From the NCBI RefSeq assembly GCF_021246445.1, contig NZ_JAJQXW010000001.1, positions 922,068 to 986,067 of the forward strand: a stretch of 64,000 nucleotides of DNA, in the 5' to 3' direction. Each line of letters opens with the position of its first letter. Positions within the stretch are counted from its first letter, which is position 1. Source of the stretch: Rhabdothermincola salaria (GTDB lineage Bacteria; Actinomycetota; Acidimicrobiia; Acidimicrobiales; Acidimicrobilacustridaceae). This document shows positions 29,714 to 39,130 of this stretch, in pieces. The position numbers and the translations under genes are program-made. The notes beneath the pieces are model-generated. The model was not told where the DNA came from and ran no database searches. It worked only from the letters and a program-made list of their open reading frames with translations.

Positions 29714-30814
29714 ATGCACCCCGGCCGATCACGCCGGCCGGGCCGAGCGCCCCGGCCCACACCTCGGTGGTCGGCGCTGGTGGTGGCCGGGCTCGCCGTC
29801 GTCGCCGCGTGCGCCGGCCCCGCCCAACCCACCGCGGTGGCCCCCACCAGCCAGGTGACCACCGCCAGCACCACGACCACGACCACGGGCCCCCGTGCCC
29901 CTCTCGAGGCCAGCGCGGCCGTCGCCGACGCCGTCACCGAGGCGGCCGAGGCCAACGGCCTGGTGCGCTGGCCGTCAGGGCGCCTCACGGTCACGGTCAG
30001 GGGCTCCATCACCCCCCGGGACTCCGAGATCCTCTCCGCCGCCGCCGCCGAGCTCGGCGCGGCCGCCGACCTCGTGCTCGAGGTGGGCTCGCACCCCGAT
30101 CCCGACATCGACGTGCTGTTCGCACCACGGCCGGAGTGGCCCGCAGACCTCCAGGAGATCACCGATCACGTCCTCGGCGTCACCCGATCCACGTGGACGG
30201 GCGACGGCCTGCTCACCGAGGTCCGGGTGGCGATCGACTCCAGCATCGGCCAGGCCGCCCGCAACGAGACCATCGTCCACGAGCTCGTGCACGCACTGGG
30301 GATCGGCCACGTCGCCTGCCCGACCTCCATCGTCCACGGCGGCGGCGAGGGTGCCCCTGGTTGGTCGCTGTCGCCCCTCGACCGTGACCTCGTGCGCACC
30401 TGGTACGCGCCCGAGCTGTCCCCCGGCGATGACGCCGCCGCCGTCCGAGCCGACCTGGTGGTCGTGACGGGCGGACCCGAGTGCGAGGCGCCCGGCCTCG
30501 AGGCGGCCGAGACCCCCGAGGGCACCCTGTGGTGCGAGCTCACCGAGGGCGCCAGCCGACCGTGCGTCGTGGTCGACGGCCTGGGCGCCGAACCGGCTGT
30601 GCCGTTCGGCGCCGCCGCCGAGTGGTGGGTGATGGACGGCATCGTCTTCGATCACGATCCCGACCGGTACGAGGCGTTCGTCTTCGAAGGCCGCCGCCTG
30701 CTGTGCGAGCGCACGCTCGAGGGACGCTGGCCGTGCCAGTTCACCGAGGGGCCGGGCCCGTTGACCGGCGTCGACGCCTGGACCGACGGCGACCTCGTCT
30801 ACGACGCCCCCTGA
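29714..30814 (+). CDS. Secreted lipoprotein with zincin (HExxHxxGxxH) domain and Cys-containing C-terminal repeats
   Basis: Signal peptide ending VAAC, Thr-rich linker, HELVHALGIGH, two LxC..PC..G.G..W..DG.V(F/Y)D repeats. Confidence 0.75.
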   Translation: MHPGRSRRPGRAPRPTPRWSALVVAGLAVVAACAGPAQPTAVAPTSQVTTASTTTTTTGPRAPLEASAAVADAVTEAAEANGLVRWPSGRLTVTVRGSITPRDSEILSAAAAELGAAADLVLEVGSHPDPDIDVLFAPRPEWPADLQEITDHVLGVTRSTWTGDGLLTEVRVAIDSSIGQAARNETIVHELVHALGIGHVACPTSIVHGGGEGAPGWSLSPLDRDLVRTWYAPELSPGDDAAAVRADLVVVTGGPECEAPGLEAAETPEGTLWCELTEGASRPCVVVDGLGAEPAVPFGAAAEWWVMDGIVFDHDPDRYEAFVFEGRRLLCERTLEGRWPCQFTEGPGPLTGVDAWTDGDLVYDAP

Positions 30815-31233
30815 GCGATCGCACCCGGTGGTCGGACGTCGGGATCCTCGGCCCCGGTGCGGGGCTCGATCCACACCTCGGCGAGCGGTCGGGCGTTCTC
30901 CTGCAGCCAGGCCAGGGCTTCGGCCACCTCCCGCGGGTCCGAGGATCGCTCGAGGTCGCGCTCGACGTCCTCGAGCGCGGCCTGCAGGCAGTACAGCCGG
31001 CCCTGGAGGTCCTCGAGCCGTTCACGATCGACGATGACGTCGGCGTCGCCGAGGCCGTGGGCCCCGGCGAGCTTGCGGGCCAGGTACGCCTGCTGGCGAC
31101 ACCCGGCCCGGCAGTAGCGCCGCGGACGCCCCGCACCGCGGCGCTCGGGCAGGTTGCGGCCGCACCAACGGCACCGCCGCGCCGGATCGCTCCCCTGTCG
31201 GCCGGGACCCGGCCCCGCGCTGGATTCCGTCAC
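30799..31233 (-). CDS. Cys4 Zn-finger / AT-hook-like putative DNA-binding protein with coiled coil
   Basis: CRWCGRNLPERRGAGRPRRYCRAGCRQQAY followed by an amphipathic helix; GTG start 7 nt after TAGATT. Confidence 0.75.
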   Translation of the reverse strand: MTESSAGPGPGRQGSDPARRCRWCGRNLPERRGAGRPRRYCRAGCRQQAYLARKLAGAHGLGDADVIVDRERLEDLQGRLYCLQAALEDVERDLERSSDPREVAEALAWLQENARPLAEVWIEPRTGAEDPDVRPPGAIAQGAS

Positions 31234-31244
31234 CTGACGCAATC
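31223..31244. promoter_or_regulatory. 22-bp palindromic site, copy 2, over the Zn-finger gene promoter and start
   Basis: GATTCCGTCA-CC-TGACGCAATC (9 of 10 arm positions match) overlapping the -10 box and GTG. Confidence 0.7.
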
Positions 31245-31279
31245 TAGCGGCGGGGTCGGGTCCCGTGGGTGATCCCCGA

Positions 31280-32485
31280 TCAGCCGGTGAAACGGGGCGT
31301 CACCACCACACCTGGCCCCGACGGGGTCGGCGCGGTGCTCGCCGGAGCGACCTCGGTGGTCGTGCTCGTCGTGCTCGTCGTGGTGGTGGTGCTGGCGGGG
31401 GGCGGCGGTGGCACCGGCAGCGGGAACGGGGCCAGGGCCAGACCCCACACCCCCTGGTAGGTGGCGAACACGTCGGCGAAGCCGTCGCTGAAGGGCGACG
31501 ACAGGGCTCCGGCATCGGCGCCCGAGGCGATGACCCAGGTCTCCAGCGACACGAGGGGGTCCTGGCCCCCGACCGCCCACTCGCCCAACGGCTCGCCGAG
31601 CGCCACCAGGGCCTGCAGGACCACGGCGGTCGAGTTCGGGTCGGCGCCGAAGCTCAACAGGTCGAAGGCGAAGCCGCCGCGGTGGGTGCCGTCGTCCTCC
31701 TGGAGCTGGCTGAAGAAGGTGCCCGGGTCGGTGTCGAGCAGCCCCAGCGCGTCCGTGGCCGCCAGGGCCTGCACCGCGAAGGAGGTGTTGTTGCTGTCCG
31801 GGCTCAGGTACTCGGGATCACCGACGACCACGCAGTCGGCCAGCCCGGCACCCTCCGGCGCCCGGTATCCCTGCCAGCCCCCGAGGGTCTCGGCCGGCCC
31901 TTCACCGGCACCGCACTGCTGGTCGGCGAGCCATCCGAGCGAGCCGGCCGGGACGGTCTCGCCGGCCGCGACCAGGCCGAGCACGGCCAGCGACTGCAGC
32001 GTCGCGGACGAATAGGAGTCGGGGACACCGAACAGGCCGGTCTCGGATACCTCGTAGGTGGCCAGCGTCCGCCCGACGAGATCGGTGCCGGGTGACCCGA
32101 AGGCCCGGGGGTCGCGCTCGGTGGCGACGGCCAGCATGGTGAGGTAGCCGAGTCGACCCGGGTTGTCGACGCCCCCCACCACGGCGTAGTCGTCGACACG
32201 GGCCTCCAGGTAGCCCATGGCGGCGTCGAGCGCCTCGGGCTGCGTGCCGGTGGTGGCCAACGACAAGGCCACGTTCACCGTCCAGCTCACGGAGGGCACG
32301 CCGGGGTCGTAGGGGTTCTCCACCGACCCGTCGGGACCCACGAGGCCGGCCAACCAGGCGGTGGCCGGCCCGGCCGCCGGCGACGACGCCGAGGTGGGGC
32401 TGGGCACGACCAGCGCGCCGAGCACGGCGGCGATCGTGACGACGACCACCAAGAGGCGTCGTCGGGTCGGGTGCAACAGGGTCAT
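31280..32485 (-). CDS. Secreted prenyltransferase/squalene-cyclase-repeat (alpha/alpha barrel) protein, cobalamin-riboswitch controlled
   Basis: Signal peptide; helical repeats QSLAVLGLVAAG, DSNNTSFAVQALAA, DPNSTAVVLQALVALG, ATYQGVWGLA; P/T linker; ends VVVTPRFTG. Confidence 0.75.
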   Translation of the reverse strand: MTLLHPTRRRLLVVVVTIAAVLGALVVPSPTSASSPAAGPATAWLAGLVGPDGSVENPYDPGVPSVSWTVNVALSLATTGTQPEALDAAMGYLEARVDDYAVVGGVDNPGRLGYLTMLAVATERDPRAFGSPGTDLVGRTLATYEVSETGLFGVPDSYSSATLQSLAVLGLVAAGETVPAGSLGWLADQQCGAGEGPAETLGGWQGYRAPEGAGLADCVVVGDPEYLSPDSNNTSFAVQALAATDALGLLDTDPGTFFSQLQEDDGTHRGGFAFDLLSFGADPNSTAVVLQALVALGEPLGEWAVGGQDPLVSLETWVIASGADAGALSSPFSDGFADVFATYQGVWGLALAPFPLPVPPPPPASTTTTTSTTSTTTEVAPASTAPTPSGPGVVVTPRFTG

Positions 32486-32610
32486 GGGGATCCTCGATCG
32501 GTCGGGGCGGACGAGACGCCTCCCCCGCTCCCCCACGCTCGGCCCGCTCGACCGACTCGCAGATTCCCGGGCTCGGCACCGCAGTCCGCGACGGTGCATG
32601 CAGAGCTCTC

Positions 32611-32707
32611 GTGACCGGTCAGGTGATCCGACTCGCCGAGGGTCACCCCTCGACACACGGTTGCGGGACAGCGCCGGACTCTCACCGGACTTCCCCTCAC
32701 CGGGCAC
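32611..32707 (-). ncRNA. Cobalamin riboswitch (compact form)
   Basis: Minus strand GGGGAAGTCCGGTGAGAGTCCGGCGCTGTCCCGCAACCGTG..GAGTCGGATCACCTG core and B12 box. Confidence 0.88.
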
Positions 32708-32828
32708 GTGTTCGTGTAGCGCTCGCCATCCGAGCACGCCCGCCCACCCGCCGTCAACCACGCTCCTACACTCGGGACCGAGACGGGGCTCGGGGGATCG
32801 ACCCCACCCTCGAGGCGAGGAGGCTGCG

Positions 32829-33626
32829 ATGGGCGACCACACCACGAACGACGAGCTCTTCGACGAACGCAAGCCGCTGCTCTACACCCCGGCGACCTTC
32901 GACGACCCCGCCGCCGAGCGGCGCCACCGCCAGGAGCGCCTCGCCGCCGCCTTCCGCCTCTTCGGCCGGTTTGGCTTCGGGGAGGGCGTGGCCGGGCACA
33001 TCACGGTGCGCGACCCCGAGTTCGACGACCGCTTCTGGCTCAACCCCTTCGGCATGGACTTCCGGCTGATCCGCACCTCGGACCTGGTGTGCGTCGACCA
33101 CGAGGGGCGGATCGTCCACGGCGACCACGCCATCAACCAGGCGGCGTTCGCCATCCACTCCCAGGTGCACGCCGCCCGTCCCGACGTGGTGGCCGCCGCC
33201 CACACCCACTCCGTCCACGGCAAGGCCTTCTCGTCACTCGGTCGCCTGCTCGACCCGATCACCCAGGACGCGTGCGCCTTCTACGGCGACCACGTGCTGT
33301 TCGACGACTTCACCGGCGTCGTGCTCGACCCCATGGAGGGCAAGCGCATCGCGGCCGCCCTCGGTGACCACAAGGCCGCCATCCTGCGCAACCACGGGCT
33401 GCTCACCGTCGGCCATTCCGTCGACGAGGCAGCGTGGTGGTTCATCACCATGGAGCGCACCTGTCAGGCCCAGCTGCTGGCCATGGCCGCCGGCGACCCC
33501 ATCTCGATCGACGCCGACGCCGCCGCCCTCACCCAGACCCAGGTTGGCGGTCACTTCGCCGGCTGGTTCTCCTTCCAGCCCCTCCACGAGGTGATCGTGC
33601 GAGAGCAGCCCGACCTGCTCGACTGA
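32829..33626 (+). CDS. Class II aldolase/adducin family protein
   Basis: GEGVAGHITVRDP, AFAIHSQVH, HTHS, LRNHGLL. Confidence 0.92.
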   Translation: MGDHTTNDELFDERKPLLYTPATFDDPAAERRHRQERLAAAFRLFGRFGFGEGVAGHITVRDPEFDDRFWLNPFGMDFRLIRTSDLVCVDHEGRIVHGDHAINQAAFAIHSQVHAARPDVVAAAHTHSVHGKAFSSLGRLLDPITQDACAFYGDHVLFDDFTGVVLDPMEGKRIAAALGDHKAAILRNHGLLTVGHSVDEAAWWFITMERTCQAQLLAMAAGDPISIDADAAALTQTQVGGHFAGWFSFQPLHEVIVREQPDLLD

Positions 33627-33706
33627 CGCCGCCCACCGGCGCCCGCGCGGTCACCGGTCGACGCTTCGGGGGTTGTACCCTCGTCGCACAACCGACGCCG
33701 ACCACC

Positions 33707-33800
33707 GCGTGCGGGAGAGACCCGGTCGCGGCCCTCGGGCCACGGCCGGGCGCCGAAGGAGCAACCGCCCCGGAAACTCTCAGGCACCCGTACCGCACGC
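33707..33800 (+). ncRNA. Glycine riboswitch aptamer 1
   Basis: GGGAGAGA..CGCCGAAGGAGCAA..GAAACTCTCAGGC; P1 GCGTGCGG/CCGCACGC; upstream of gcvP. Confidence 0.92.
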
Positions 33801-33808
33801 ACCAGGCA

Positions 33809-33902
33809 ACTCTGGAGAGCAGCCTCGCGAGGGGCTCACCGACGGGGAAGGTCACGACGCCCACGGGCGCCGGGCGAAAACTCTCAGGTCCAACGACAGA
33901 GC
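33809..33902 (+). ncRNA. Glycine riboswitch aptamer 2
   Basis: CTCTGGAGAG..CACCGACGGGG..AAAACTCTCAGGT..GACAGAG. Confidence 0.88.
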
Positions 33903-33953
33903 GGGGTCCCCCACCCGATCCGGCGCGCCCGCCGGCACCGAGAGGACCCGACC

Positions 33954-36869
33954 GTGACCGACGCCCCACCCCCCACCGGCCTCCGCCTGAGCGACCTCGA
34001 CGACGCCCGCGCCTTCGTGGACCGCCACGTCGGGCCCGACGCCGGCGACGTGGCCACCATGCTCGAGCAGCTGGGCCTCGAGTCGCTCGACGCCCTCCTC
34101 GACGCCGTGGTGCCCTCGTCGATCCGCGACGACGCCCCGTTGCAGCTGCCCCCGGCGCGCTCCGAGCCCGAGGTGACCGCCGCCCTCCGGACCCTGGCCG
34201 ACGCCAACACCGTGCGCACCTCCCTCATCGGCACGGGCTGGTACGCCACCGTGACGCCCCCGGTCATCCGCCGCAACGTGCTCGAGAACCCGGCCTGGTA
34301 CACCGCCTACACGCCCTACCAGCCCGAGATCAGCCAGGGCCGCCTCGAGGCGCTGCTCACGTACCAGACCATGGTCTGCGACCTCACCGGCACCGAGCTC
34401 ACCAATGCGTCGATGCTCGACGAGGCGACCGCCGCGGCCGAGGGCATGGCGCTCGTGCACCGGGTGAACCCCAAGGCCGGCTCGGTGTTCGTGGTCGACC
34501 CCGACACCCACCCCCAGACCGTCTCGGTGGTGCAGACCCGGGCCGAGCCGCTCGGGCTCGAGGTCGTGGTCGCCGACCCGGCCGCACCGCTGCCCGACGG
34601 CACCTTCGGTGTCCTGGTCTCCCACCCGGGCTCCAGCGGAGAGCTCCGTCCGCTGGAGCCGGTCATCGCCGCGGCCCACGAGGCCGGAGCGCTGGTCGTC
34701 GTCGCCACCGACCTGCTGGCCTGCTGTGTGATGACCCCGCCCGGAGAGCTGGGGGCCGACGTCGTGGTCGGCTCCTCCCAGCGCTTCGGTGTGCCCATGG
34801 GGTTCGGGGGCCCGAGCGCCGGCTTCCTGGCCACCCGGGAGTCCTACAAGCGCACCCTGCCCGGCCGGCTGGTGGGGGTGTCGGTCGACGCCGCCGGTCG
34901 TCCGGCCTACCGGCTGGCCCTGCAGACCCGTGAACAGCACATCCGCCGCGAGAAGGCCACGTCGAACATCTGCACCGCCCAGGTGCTGCTCGCCGTCATG
35001 GCCGGGATGTACGCCGTCTGGCACGGCCCCGAGGGCCTGGCCCGGATCGCCACCCGGGTGCACCGCCTCACCAGCGTCCTGGCCGCCGGCCTCCGGACGG
35101 CCGGCGCCGACGTCGTCACCACCGCCTTCTTCGACACCCTCACCGTGCGGGTCCCGGGCCGGGCCTCCAGCGTGCTGACGGCCGCCCGGGACCTCGACCT
35201 CGAGCTGAGGTCGATCGACGACGACCACGTCGGGCTCAGCCTCGACGAGACCTCGACCATCGCGACCGTCGAGGCGGTCTGGGCTGCCTTCGGTGTCACC
35301 GACGCCCCGGACGTCACGGCCGTCGATGCCGCCACCGCCGATGCGCTCCCCACCGAGCAACGCCGTACCAGCGAGTTCTGCACCCACCCGGTCTTCCACA
35401 CCCATCGCAGCGAGACCGAGATGCTGCGCTACCTGCGCCGGTTGGCCGACGCCGACCTGGCCCTCGACCGGGCCATGATCCCCCTCGGCTCGTGCACCAT
35501 GAAGCTCAACGCCACCACCGAGATGGAACCCATCTCCTGGCCCGGCTTCGCCGACCTGCACCCCTACGCCCCCGCCACCGACGCCCAGGGCTACCGCACC
35601 CTCACCGACGACCTCGAGCGCTGGTTGTGCGAGGTCACCGGGTACGACGCCGTCTCGCTGCAGCCCAACGCCGGCTCCCAGGGCGAGTTCGCCGGTCTGC
35701 TGGCCATCCGGGCCTGGCACCGCAGCCGGGGCGAGGAGCACCGCGACGTGTGCCTCATCCCCGCCTCGGCCCACGGCACCAACGCCGCCAGCGCCGCCAT
35801 GGCCGGCATGCGCGTGGCCGTCGTGGCCTGCGACACCGACGGCAACGTCGATCTCGACGACCTCCGCACCGTCCTCGCCACCCACGCCGACCGGGTGGCC
35901 GCCCTCATGGTCACCTACCCGTCGACCCACGGCGTGTTCGAGGAGGCCATCGGTGACATCTGCGCAGCCGTCCACGACGCCGGCGGCCAGGTCTACCTCG
36001 ACGGGGCCAACCTCAACGCCCTGGTCGGCGTGGCCAAGCCCGGCCGGTTCGGCGCCGACGTGAGCCACCTCAACCTCCACAAGACGTTCTGCATCCCCCA
36101 CGGCGGCGGCGGTCCCGGCGTGGGGCCGGTGGCGGTCCGCTCCCACCTGGCGCCGTTCCTGCCGTCACACCCCGTGGTCGCCGCCGCCGGGCCGACCGGA
36201 ACCGACGGGCACGACGCACCCATCGGCGCGGTGTCGGCCGCCCCGTGGGGGTCGGCCGGGATCCTGCCCATCCCCTGGGCCTACGTGGCCCTCATGGGTC
36301 CCGACGGCCTGCGCCACGCCACTGCGGTGGCCATCCTGAGCGCCAACTACGTGGCCCGACGCCTCGGCGAGGCCTACCCCATCCTCTACAGCGGTCGCCA
36401 CGGCCTGGTGGCCCACGAGTGCATCCTCGACCTGCGACCCATCACCAAGGCCACCGGCATCACCGTCGACGACGTGGCCAAGCGCCTGATCGACTACGGC
36501 TTCCACGCGCCGACCATGTCGTTCCCGGTGGCCGGCACGTTGATGGTCGAGAGCACCGAGAGCGAGAGCCTGCTCGAGCTCGACCGCTTCTGCGACGCCA
36601 TGCTCGCCATCCGCGCCGAGATCGAGCAGGTGGCCTCGGGGGCGTGGCCGGCCGACGACAACCCACTGCTCAACGCCCCGCACCCGGCCGCCGACGTGGC
36701 CGACGACGAGTGGACCCACCCCTACCCGCGTCGCCTGGCGGGATGGCCCGCCGGCGGCACCGCTCGCCTGGGGAAGTACTGGCCGCCGGTGAGCCGGATC
36801 GACGGCGCCTACGGAGATCGCAACGTGGTGTGCTCGTGCCCACCGGTGGAGGCCTTCGCCGACGTCTGA
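33954..36869 (+). CDS. gcvP: Glycine dehydrogenase (single-chain P protein)
   Basis: [44 protein letters not shown]. Confidence 0.97.
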   Translation: MTDAPPPTGLRLSDLDDARAFVDRHVGPDAGDVATMLEQLGLESLDALLDAVVPSSIRDDAPLQLPPARSEPEVTAALRTLADANTVRTSLIGTGWYATVTPPVIRRNVLENPAWYTAYTPYQPEISQGRLEALLTYQTMVCDLTGTELTNASMLDEATAAAEGMALVHRVNPKAGSVFVVDPDTHPQTVSVVQTRAEPLGLEVVVADPAAPLPDGTFGVLVSHPGSSGELRPLEPVIAAAHEAGALVVVATDLLACCVMTPPGELGADVVVGSSQRFGVPMGFGGPSAGFLATRESYKRTLPGRLVGVSVDAAGRPAYRLALQTREQHIRREKATSNICTAQVLLAVMAGMYAVWHGPEGLARIATRVHRLTSVLAAGLRTAGADVVTTAFFDTLTVRVPGRASSVLTAARDLDLELRSIDDDHVGLSLDETSTIATVEAVWAAFGVTDAPDVTAVDAATADALPTEQRRTSEFCTHPVFHTHRSETEMLRYLRRLADADLALDRAMIPLGSCTMKLNATTEMEPISWPGFADLHPYAPATDAQGYRTLTDDLERWLCEVTGYDAVSLQPNAGSQGEFAGLLAIRAWHRSRGEEHRDVCLIPASAHGTNAASAAMAGMRVAVVACDTDGNVDLDDLRTVLATHADRVAALMVTYPSTHGVFEEAIGDICAAVHDAGGQVYLDGANLNALVGVAKPGRFGADVSHLNLHKTFCIPHGGGGPGVGPVAVRSHLAPFLPSHPVVAAAGPTGTDGHDAPIGAVSAAPWGSAGILPIPWAYVALMGPDGLRHATAVAILSANYVARRLGEAYPILYSGRHGLVAHECILDLRPITKATGITVDDVAKRLIDYGFHAPTMSFPVAGTLMVESTESESLLELDRFCDAMLAIRAEIEQVASGAWPADDNPLLNAPHPAADVADDEWTHPYPRRLAGWPAGGTARLGKYWPPVSRIDGAYGDRNVVCSCPPVEAFADV

Positions 36870-36899
36870 GCCCGACGGGCGCTCACCCGCGGCGAGGGG

Positions 36900-38009
36900 T
36901 CACAGGGCGCTGGCGCCCTTCGAGGCCCGGCTGTCGACGAACGGCAGCGGGACCACCCGGGCCGCCACGGCAGTGCCACGCACGTCGATCGCCAGCTCGT
37001 CGCCCTCCACCGTCTCGGGGGGCAGGAAGGCCAACGCGATCCCGTGGCCCAGCACGGGAGAGAAGTTCCCGCTCGTCACGGCCCCGACCGTCTCGCCGCC
37101 ACGGAGCACCGGCTGCCCCTCGCGGGGCGGGCGCCGACCCTCGGTGGCCAGGCCCCGGAGCCGGCGGCCCGGTCCGGCGTCGCGTTCGACCTCGAGCGGA
37201 TCGCGTCCCCGGAACGGCCCCTTCTCCCAGGCCACGACCCACCCGAGGTTGGCCTGCAGGGGGGTGATGCCCGGGCCCAGCTCGTGACCGTGCAGGGGCA
37301 GGCCGGCCTCCAGGCGCAACGTGTCGCGCGCGCCGAGGCCCGCCGGCTCGATGCCGGCAGCCACGAGGGCGTCGAACAGGCCCCCGGCATCGAGGGCCGG
37401 GACGGCGATCTCGAGGCCGTCCTCGCCGGTGTAGCCGGTGCCCGCCACGGTCAGATCGATCCCCTCCCACTCGACGGAGGCGACCGCGAAGCGCCGGACG
37501 CGAGCGGCGGCGGGCACGACCTGCGCCAGACGCTCGCGCGCCTTGGGGCCCTGGACGGCCAACACGGCGCGCTCGGCGGTGACGTCGGTCGCCGTCACCT
37601 CAGCACCCAGGGCGGCAGCCTCCTCGGCCAGCGCCCGCGTGACCCCCTCGGTGTTCGAGGCGTTGGGCATCACGTCGAAGGTCTCCGGCCCCACCCAGAA
37701 CACGATGATGTCGTCGACGACGGACGCGTCGTGGGCGTCGAGCAGGTGGGTGTACTGCGCCCGCCCCGGATCGATGCGGGTGAGGTCGTTGGTCAGAGCC
37801 CGCTGCAGGGTGAGGAGGGCACCGGGGCCGGCCACCCGCACCGTGCCGAGGTGGGACACGTCGAACACGACGGCCCCGTGCCGGCACGCCCGGTGCTCGG
37901 CCAGGGTGCCCTCCGGGTAGGACAGCGGCATCTCCCAGCCCCCGAAGGGCACCATCTTGGCGTCGAGGGCACGGTGGGTGGCGTCGAGGGGCGAGCGGCG
38001 ATCGGTCAC
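36900..38009 (-). CDS. gcvT: Glycine cleavage T protein
   Basis: VPFGGWEMPLSY, FDVSHLG, TGYTGEDG, GLGARDTLRLEAG. Confidence 0.95.
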   Translation of the reverse strand: MTDRRSPLDATHRALDAKMVPFGGWEMPLSYPEGTLAEHRACRHGAVVFDVSHLGTVRVAGPGALLTLQRALTNDLTRIDPGRAQYTHLLDAHDASVVDDIIVFWVGPETFDVMPNASNTEGVTRALAEEAAALGAEVTATDVTAERAVLAVQGPKARERLAQVVPAAARVRRFAVASVEWEGIDLTVAGTGYTGEDGLEIAVPALDAGGLFDALVAAGIEPAGLGARDTLRLEAGLPLHGHELGPGITPLQANLGWVVAWEKGPFRGRDPLEVERDAGPGRRLRGLATEGRRPPREGQPVLRGGETVGAVTSGNFSPVLGHGIALAFLPPETVEGDELAIDVRGTAVAARVVPLPFVDSRASKGASAL

Positions 38010-38094
38010 CCGTCGACCCTACCCCTGGGCTCGCTCCCGCTCCCGCTCCCGCTCCCCCGCCCGGCCCGAGGCCACCCACCCCGGGCCGACATCC

Positions 38095-38853
38095 TCATTG
38101 CGGAGGCGGGGCCAGCGGGCCGCGGGCGGTGAGTCGTTCCACCCACGTGGAGGCCACCTCGACCTCTCCCCCGTCGCCGCCCCAGCCCACCAGGAGACCC
38201 TCGGCGAGCGAGCGGGCGAGCGGCGCGGCGCGGAACAGGTGGCGGTCGAGGGGTGCCAGCCGATCGAGGCGGAGCACCCCGAGCAGCGACGCGTGCCAGA
38301 CGAGGGCACGCGCCACGGGGTCGCCGGGCTGGAGGCTCTGGTGGTCGACGGCGTCACCCAGACGCCCGACCACCGGGTCGAGGACTCGGTGGACCACGGG
38401 CAGCAGCTCGCCGGCGAGGGCCCGCTCGAGCGGCGGGGCGGTCGGAGGCGCCTCGCCGAGCAGCTCGCGGACGAGGGCGACCTCGTCGGGGTAGACGACG
38501 GCGGCGGCGGCCAGGAAGCCGGCGTGGGCGAGGAGCTCCACGAGAGGACGGGTGCTGTCCTCGACGTCCTCGGTGGCGAGGTCCTCGTCCCACCGGGCCC
38601 GACCGGCCCGGTACGAGTGCTCGAGCGTCGCCACCGCTTCGGCCTGGAGCCCGGCCAGCAGGGCCGCCTTGGAGGCGAAGGCGGTGTAGAGGGTGCCGAC
38701 GGCGCAGTCGAGCTGGTCGGCGACGGCCTGCATCGTGACCCCGGCCAGGCCCTCGCGGTCGATGACCGCGCCGGCCGCAGCCAGGATCCGCTGCCGCTTC
38801 AGCTCCCGGGTGCGCTCACGCCGGTCGTCGGGGACGACCTTCAGATGAACCAT
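38095..38853 (-). CDS. TetR/AcrR family regulator
   Basis: ILAAAGAVIDREGLAGVTMQAVADQLDCAVGTLYTAFASK HTH; start approximate. Confidence 0.88.
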   Translation of the reverse strand: MVHLKVVPDDRRERTRELKRQRILAAAGAVIDREGLAGVTMQAVADQLDCAVGTLYTAFASKAALLAGLQAEAVATLEHSYRAGRARWDEDLATEDVEDSTRPLVELLAHAGFLAAAAVVYPDEVALVRELLGEAPPTAPPLERALAGELLPVVHRVLDPVVGRLGDAVDHQSLQPGDPVARALVWHASLLGVLRLDRLAPLDRHLFRAAPLARSLAEGLLVGWGGDGGEVEVASTWVERLTARGPLAPPPQ

Positions 38854-38879
38854 GTTCACAGTATGAACGTGGTTCATCT
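38843..38879. promoter_or_regulatory. Double palindromic operator over the tetR start
   Basis: AGATGAACCATGTTCA-CAGTA-TGAACGTGGTTCATCT: 16-bp inverted arms, each containing TGAAC-N3-GTTCA. Confidence 0.75.
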
Positions 38880-39130
38880 CACCGGCGCGGATGGTTCCCC
38901 CCGAACGGGGTCACGCCCCGTCGTCCGTCCGCCGGGCCAGCGGTCGTCATCTGGCCTCTGGGCCGAGACCGACGGACCGGTGCACCCGTCGGCCGGAACC
39001 GGCGGCGCTCGTCGCCCCCCCCGACGCCCCTCCCCTCCCCCGCGTGTCACGCGGCACCGCCGATCCCGGACGGGATCGGCGGATCAGCGAGCGAGGGGCG
39101 GCGCGGGGCGGCGACGGAGGGGTGGGGCGA

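Noticed and set aside
29624..31243. 16-bp direct repeat as att sites or target-site duplication of a mobile element
   Set aside because: No integrase or transposase; both copies extend into longer palindromes and one sits on a promoter, favouring protein-binding sites. Not fully excluded.
38843..38879. LexA/SOS boxes
   Set aside because: Spacing is GAAC-N3-GTTC, not the actinobacterial CGAAC-N4-GTTCG; it overlaps a tetR start.
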